From the NCBI GenBank assembly GCA_965277805.1, contig OZ255842.1:4800001-4864000 (forward strand): a stretch of 64,000 nt of DNA, written 5' to 3'. The notes below the pieces were generated by a model. That model saw nothing but the letters and a program-made list of their open reading frames with translations, searched no databases and was not told where the DNA came from. The DNA is from Candidatus Lustribacter sp. (lineage in GTDB: Bacteria; Vulcanimicrobiota; Vulcanimicrobiia; Vulcanimicrobiales; Vulcanimicrobiaceae). Positions 59,176-64,000 of this stretch are shown piece after piece (the stretch's first letter is position 1; every line of letters starts with the position of its first letter). The position numbers and the translations under genes were made by a program.

Positions 59176-59904
59176 CTAAAATATCTCTCGTTGCCATCCC
59201 GCAATCATGGCATCCGACGCATTCGCCCAGCCGAACTGTCGGAAGATCGATTGAATAGCTTTAATTGCAAGCTCGAAGGGCTTTGCGACTAAAACGTCCA
59301 GTTCGACAACTTGGGCAACTTCTTGCTTGTCAGTCGCCGTAGTGTAGAGACCGCTCAGACGTATGCCGGGATCCGTCGAGCCAATCGCCCATCCTCGCGT
59401 CCCGCGCAGTCCTACCGTGATCTCTACTGCGCTCTCGTAGGGAATGGCCTGTGCAAGTCGCGCCGCAAACTCGAAAGTCTCCGTAATTGAATATATTAAG
59501 CTGACAAAGCTCACGAACCCACGGATCGCGTCAATCGCGCCTTCGCCTTGCCGCCAGGGGCGCACGCTCTTGCGCATGTTGGCCTGCACTTCCGTATCGC
59601 CATCCTCCAATAATTTTGCGCGAAACAGAAATTGGCCGTTACGATATAGGCGCCATTCTTCGGGATGATCGCCAATTAGAGCACTACCGGACTTCGATTC
59701 GCAATACAACTCCCTTGGGCCGATCGTTAAGGGTCGCTGACGCTCGATGTGCGGAAAATACCAACCGCGCGCCTGGACTTGCGCAGTCGAAAGCAGGTCA
59801 TCATAGCGGCGGACGTCGATCAGTTCTTCGTTCAGCCGGAGAGGCACGATCGTCAGCACATAGCGGGCACTGGAATCTATTGACGCGCCTATTTCGTCAG
59901 TCAT
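59176..59904 (-). CDS. Hypothetical partner of the Schlafen/AlbA_2 protein
   Basis: 242 aa, 'RGWYFPH', 'EEWRLYRNGQF'; TAATG coupling. Confidence 0.75.
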   Translation of the reverse strand: MTDEIGASIDSSARYVLTIVPLRLNEELIDVRRYDDLLSTAQVQARGWYFPHIERQRPLTIGPRELYCESKSGSALIGDHPEEWRLYRNGQFLFRAKLLEDGDTEVQANMRKSVRPWRQGEGAIDAIRGFVSFVSLIYSITETFEFAARLAQAIPYESAVEITVGLRGTRGWAIGSTDPGIRLSGLYTTATDKQEVAQVVELDVLVAKPFELAIKAIQSIFRQFGWANASDAMIAGWQREIF

Positions 59905-60587
59905 TATTCAAAATCCGCGCTGAACTCGCGGCGTTGCCCGCGCATAATCTCGGCCGCATCATCTGGAAGCCGTAGGCCGATTCGTTGAGCCGTTGTAATG
60001 ATCTCTCTTGCCCGCTTCTCGGCGGCAATCTCGATAATTTCCGCGACGAGCGTCGCGTCATGGATCTTCGTCGTCGATATTCTATCTCTTGTCCGAGCAG
60101 GAATATCCCCGATACTTAGGCCGTCCTTCCCTGATTCATTAGGCGTCGCATTTCCGCAGAAGATGAAGGTGCGGTCGAACGGCTCAACTTCAATTGCAAC
60201 GAAAGTCTTGCCCTCATGTTCAATGTGTCGAACCTTCAGCTGGACCGGCGGGCGCGCGTACCGATTGACGAGGAGCTGAACATCGTCTTGTGTATATTCG
60301 GCCGCAACCGGCTGGCTAACGCCGTCCGGAAACCAACGGCCCTCACGTTCAGCCATCCCAATGAGAATCCGACCTCCATCTCGGAGGTTCGCCATCGCCA
60401 TACAAGTCTTGGCAAGCTTCCAACGAAGCTTGCTATACGTTTCCCCCGACTTGAATTCGTTGTTACGGGTTTCAACCGCCGCCTTAATCGCTTCAAGCGA
60501 CAGGTCTAAATCTTGGTCCACGATACCCCACTCGGCCAGGATGGTTCCCGGTATTAGCTTGGCTGACGTTGCTTTCGCAAAACGCAT
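59904..60587 (-). CDS. Schlafen/AlbA_2-domain protein
   Basis: 'ETRNNEFKS', 'MAMANLRDGGRILIGMAE', 'FVAIEVEP'; start may be a downstream GTG near 60520. Confidence 0.85.
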   Translation of the reverse strand: MRFAKATSAKLIPGTILAEWGIVDQDLDLSLEAIKAAVETRNNEFKSGETYSKLRWKLAKTCMAMANLRDGGRILIGMAEREGRWFPDGVSQPVAAEYTQDDVQLLVNRYARPPVQLKVRHIEHEGKTFVAIEVEPFDRTFIFCGNATPNESGKDGLSIGDIPARTRDRISTTKIHDATLVAEIIEIAAEKRAREIITTAQRIGLRLPDDAAEIMRGQRREFSADFE

Positions 60588-60669
60588 CTACCATCTTTCA
60601 TCCTTGTACCTGGAAATGTCTTGACCGTTCTCAAACGGGTCAATTTTTCGCTTTCCAAGGACGCGGTAT

Positions 60670-61451
60670 TTGATTCCGCAGATCGGCTGGATCGGATCTC
60701 CAGAGTCTGGCGGCAGCTGAAGCATTACATCGGCCGCAGTTTTTGCCAAGGGAGCGACAAATTTGCTTCGACTAGCGCTTGAAGTTGCACGTTCGACGCA
60801 AGTTCAATAGGCGCCGAAACCTCGAGACCCGGATAGAGGACCTCGACGTCAAACCAGCTTTCTGCAGACCGGTCGTCGCAATTCTGTTGGGCGGACTGGA
60901 CGTAAACGACATGACTAAGGTTCCGCGACAGGATTTCCAAAACGTCATCGTCGCCGACGAAGCTGGGTTTCATAAACTGGTGATGGAGCAAAACATCGCC
61001 GCAGGCGGTCCTATGTCCGACGCCCGTTTAGAAAGGCAATTTAGCTTGGTATGGCCGGACCTTGCGGCTGCTCTCGACGAGTGCGCGGCGATCCCCCGCC
61101 GAAGTTTCGAAAAAGGCTCTTGCGCCAAATGAGATTCTTGAGGAAATACTACAACGGGTTCGAGAAATCGAGCGCGGGATGGCTGACTCCAGGCAAACGT
61201 CGGCGATAAAATTGCAGTCCGGGATAGGCACTGGCGTATCGGAACCGCCGCTCGTCCTCACGGCCAGGTTGCTGGATCTTGTGGAGCGCGATCTGCTGGA
61301 AAATACTGACGATGCGACACGTATACTTCGTTGGAAATGGCTCCTAGCGGACGGAGACAGTCGGAATCAAAAAGGAGCGATCTCAAAAAAGAAACAGCCA
61401 ACAATCCGCCGGCTTAAAGTTCGACAAGACGCTCCGCGAGAAAATCATTGA
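60670..61451 (+). pseudogene. Decayed TIR-domain-like gene
   Basis: Fragments 'IGWIG..AAEALH', 'VVAILL.GLD...DFQ', 'RLERQFSLVWPDL', 'EILEEILQRVR' resemble a bacterial TIR family; broken across frames. Confidence 0.5.
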
Positions 61452-61929
61452 GTGCCTTTTTCGGGATGCACCTCTCGAATCGAAGATTTGATCAGAAGAA
61501 CGAGTAGGAAAATTCTCGCAGAACGCTCGACGAGATCGGTCAGCGCCTGACGACCTTCGATTAACGCCGAAGTACTTTCCGTAGGCTGGCACTTTCGAGA
61601 CCGCATCCCATGCTCGCGCGCGGCTAAGGTTTTGGCCGTGCTCGCAATAGGCTATTCGCGCGCGCGGTCCAAGGGGCGTTGCGGATCGCATTCACGTAAA
61701 TGCTAGATGAAATGGCTACACGCGTGCGGAGCTGCCTGTGGGAAATCAGGATCATCCGATATTACGAACGTGCCCTGCTGGTAGATCCGATTAAATGCCG
61801 GGTACGAGAGTACTCCTTAAGATGAGGACGACCTGGAAGCCCCCGTTGGCAACGACGGGGGCTTCTGGATTCCCCAGCTATTATTTCGACATTCGCAGGT
61901 TTGGGCATGAAAACGGGTACACGGCCGAC

Positions 61930-62103
61930 ATGAACTTACAAGAGCCCGCGATTGAAATGGAAGATCCTTACGCTTCGCAGGACGATCCGGACGTTGGCCC
62001 CTCGCCAAACGTCGATCCAATCGGAGATAACGGCGACGACGATGATGACAACGAGGACGATGACGAGGACGGGGATGGCGACGACGACGAGGCCGTCGCG
62101 TAA
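61930..62103 (+). CDS. 57-aa extremely acidic protein
   Basis: 25 of 57 residues are D/E, no K/R. Confidence 0.55.
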   Translation: MNLQEPAIEMEDPYASQDDPDVGPSPNVDPIGDNGDDDDDNEDDDEDGDGDDDEAVA

Positions 62104-62335
62104 AGGTAGCGCGCGTTAGAGCGGAAGACTGCGATGTCTACTGTACCCGAAGATGCAAGTCCATCCGGGCCTCGACGGCAAATAGATTGCTTGGTTTTTG
62201 CTCTTTCAACCGCGCTTAAGCTGATGCGGAGTCCTGAATCATCTAGACGCGCAATCCCGTGTGTCGCACTAGAAGCTGAAATTCTCCAAGCGTTCGTGCT
62301 CCTCTACGTCCGCCGAAACTGAGTTCACAGTCGCC

Positions 62336-62578
62336 ATGCAACGCGTTCCTCAGAGCACCAAGTATTTTGCCAAGGTACTCGCCTGGCGAAAGCTCGACAA
62401 TGGCCCGCTTTGGGAAATGGCCACAACGTGCGCAGAAAAATTGGGCCACAGACACGGCTCGCAGGCTGAAGCGGAATCCTGCGGCCCGCCAGGCACTGTG
62501 ATCGAGTACGACTTGGGCGATAGAGGCGCTGTTCGAAGCTACGGCCCCTTACTACGCAAAGACTTACCGCCGAGCTGA
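62336..62578 (+). CDS. Small hypothetical protein with C-x4-GHxH...C
   Basis: 80-aa ORF, 'TCAEKLGHRHGSQAEAESC'. Confidence 0.4.
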   Translation: MQRVPQSTKYFAKVLAWRKLDNGPLWEMATTCAEKLGHRHGSQAEAESCGPPGTVIEYDLGDRGAVRSYGPLLRKDLPPS

Positions 62579-62651
62579 TCCCAGCCTAACAGATGATGCA
62601 AATGAATACTTGCGTGCCGCGGATGCTGAGGCGCTACGCCGCGCGGGTAAT

Positions 62652-62753
62652 ATGCTTCGGACGCATCAACGTGCTCTGATAGAACTGGCATTCTTTGACG
62701 GACACACGCACGACGAGATCGCCAACAAGTGGCTTTACCAGTACGCTCTGTAA
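62652..62753 (+). pseudogene. ECF sigma factor region-4 remnant
   Basis: 'QRALIELAFFDGHTHDEIA'. Confidence 0.55.
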
Positions 62754-62763
62754 CTGGAAATTA

Positions 62764-63602
62764 TCATGAGCGCGGCTGCTTAAATAGATTGCTGGCTCCG
62801 GCTATTCGTCCACGCGCGGCCGCAACGCGCTCATCAGTTTCTGGAAGCGGTAGCGATGAGCCGGTAAATCCCGTCAAGCCGTAATCGGGCTCGGTGGTCA
62901 GCGTCAGCTCCGTGAAGCTGCCGTCTGGACAGAAGCGCCGATTACCGATACGTTTGCGGAGTAGGCTGCTCGTGCTTCTTGCCATGCGTCGAAAAAGGCG
63001 TAGTAGAAGTGCAGGGCTCCGTTGAGGCGCGGAACGAGATCGGTGTTAATGGGAACGCTTGGCGTTAGAAAGCCGTTAATAAGCACCGGCTTCCGCGGAC
63101 GATGTTGAACCGATCAGCGTGCAGTTGGTAGTTGGCGTGTACGAACGCGTTGCGAATCTGATTCGAGTAGAAGACGAATAGTGTCCCCACCTCCTCCAGT
63201 TCAAGTCGTCGCGCCCAGGCCCTGATCTTGTCGATTTTTTGCACTGGGTAAGGTAGCGCGTCGCCGCTCTTGGTCACAAAAGGTAACATCGAATACCGGT
63301 CGCCGCGGCAGACACGCAACATGTTTCCCACGATGTGATAGCCGATGTCCATCTCGATGATGTGCGTATAGACGAGGAGCCCGAGGCGCAGTTTCGTGTA
63401 GATGTCGGCTAGTGGCTCTTGCAACGCCATCAGATCGCGCACCAGCACTTGACTCTCGCTCTCGGCAAACCAGCCAGGTCCTTTGAGGCCCGTTATGTTG
63501 ACTAGGGTCGAAGCGTACTCAAATTCGTCGACTGCGCGCGCCCGTGCAAATAACGTCTCGAGGACCGCCTGAGCTTTAATACGACTTAGCACGATGCGTC
63601 AT
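62764..63602 (-). pseudogene. HEPN-like protein with multiple frameshifts
   Basis: 'LLVYTHIIE...IRNAFVHANY'; continues through overlapping ORFs 63065..63592, 62904..63086 and 62764..62985. Confidence 0.6.
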
Positions 63603-63841
63603 TGGCCATTCCTCGTATCGCGATCGCCGGCGGCGTCGGCCTCTTTCCTGCACACGTAGGTTGGTGTGTTCAGCCAGAGCACGACGTCGCGGGGACAATG
63701 CCTCTGCGCGGCCGCCTCGCTGTCGAACATCGCAGTCGCGGCTGCCACTATGACTGTCGAGGGCAGCGTTGCGGCCGCGGCTAGCCCGAGGCCGCTCGGC
63801 ACGGCAAGAGCAGCGGACGCGAAAAAGGCTCGGATCTGCAT
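63599..63841 (-). CDS. Small secreted protein (AQRHCP.D.V.WLNT family), apparently internally deleted
   Basis: GGGAGG RBS, signal peptide; lacks the RWYxxTKHGA segment seen in the 57.4-kb copy. Confidence 0.6.
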   Translation of the reverse strand: MQIRAFFASAALAVPSGLGLAAAATLPSTVIVAAATAMFDSEAAAQRHCPRDVVLWLNTPTYVCRKEADAAGDRDTRNGQ

Positions 63842-64000
63842 GCGTGCGACCTCCCGGAATCGCATATGGGCGCTTCGCGGCGCCACAGCGTAGAGCCGCC
63901 CGCACAGGAAGTTCTCGCTCGTACCTAGCGTGCTCGACTGCTGGAACATCATTGGGCGCGCAACGCGGGTCTGCCCACTAGGTGGTCGGAAGTTGCCATC

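Larger units (their letters stand above)
47581..64000. mobile_element. Genomic island (recombinase, IS remnants, defence-like cargo); right end outside window
   Basis: Abuts broken comEC; recombinase, IS3 fragments, many pseudogenes, visibly more AT-rich cargo. Confidence 0.65.

Noticed and set aside
1-64000. CRISPR array, tRNA, rRNA, reverse transcriptase (retron/DGR)
   Set aside because: No regularly spaced repeats, cloverleaf-type sequence or RT motifs seen; repeat-pair differences are mostly synonymous, not adenine-specific.

Overview
High-GC bacterial chromosome segment. The gene repertoire (many orphan Tat/NMT1-type solute-binding proteins, XRE-HTH+GAF and GAF-GGDEF-EAL proteins, small secreted proteins) suggests a soil lineage such as Eremiobacterota/Vulcanimicrobiota; this is inference only. 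Bases 1 to ~46.3 kb hold accessory metabolism and signalling genes: MFS transporters, a PilZ protein, a GAF-SpoIIE-HATPase protein, an extradiol dioxygenase/Rieske alpha/beta/dihydrodiol dehydrogenase operon, an LLM monooxygenase, two GH13 enzymes, a six-repeat DUF11-like protein, a P450, a LigX-like Rieske oxygenase and a SARP/BTAD-ATPase regulator with an 11-bp-periodic operator. A DsbA/FrnE-type selenoprotein (7916-8509; UxxC with a candidate SECIS) is truncated in the ORF track. From ~47.6 kb to the window end lies a visibly more AT-rich, decaying island abutting a 5'-truncated comEC. It carries a Cre-like tyrosine recombinase with a candidate core site, three RxxxxH (HEPN-like) ORFs, a Schlafen/AlbA_2 two-gene pair, a TIR-like remnant and a PD-(D/E)xK/DUF4268 nuclease between outward-facing IS3 ends. 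It also has a repeated gene 3' end coupled to different cargo genes, and three tandem paralogous micro-proteins with an invariant C-x9-C-x5-W-x-C-x2-C-x4-C-x2-H-V-x-R-x6-C-x2-C motif, flanked by inverted paralogous ORFs. Several single indels may be assembly errors. No rRNA, tRNA or CRISPR array was seen. All family calls are by eye; no database searches were run.
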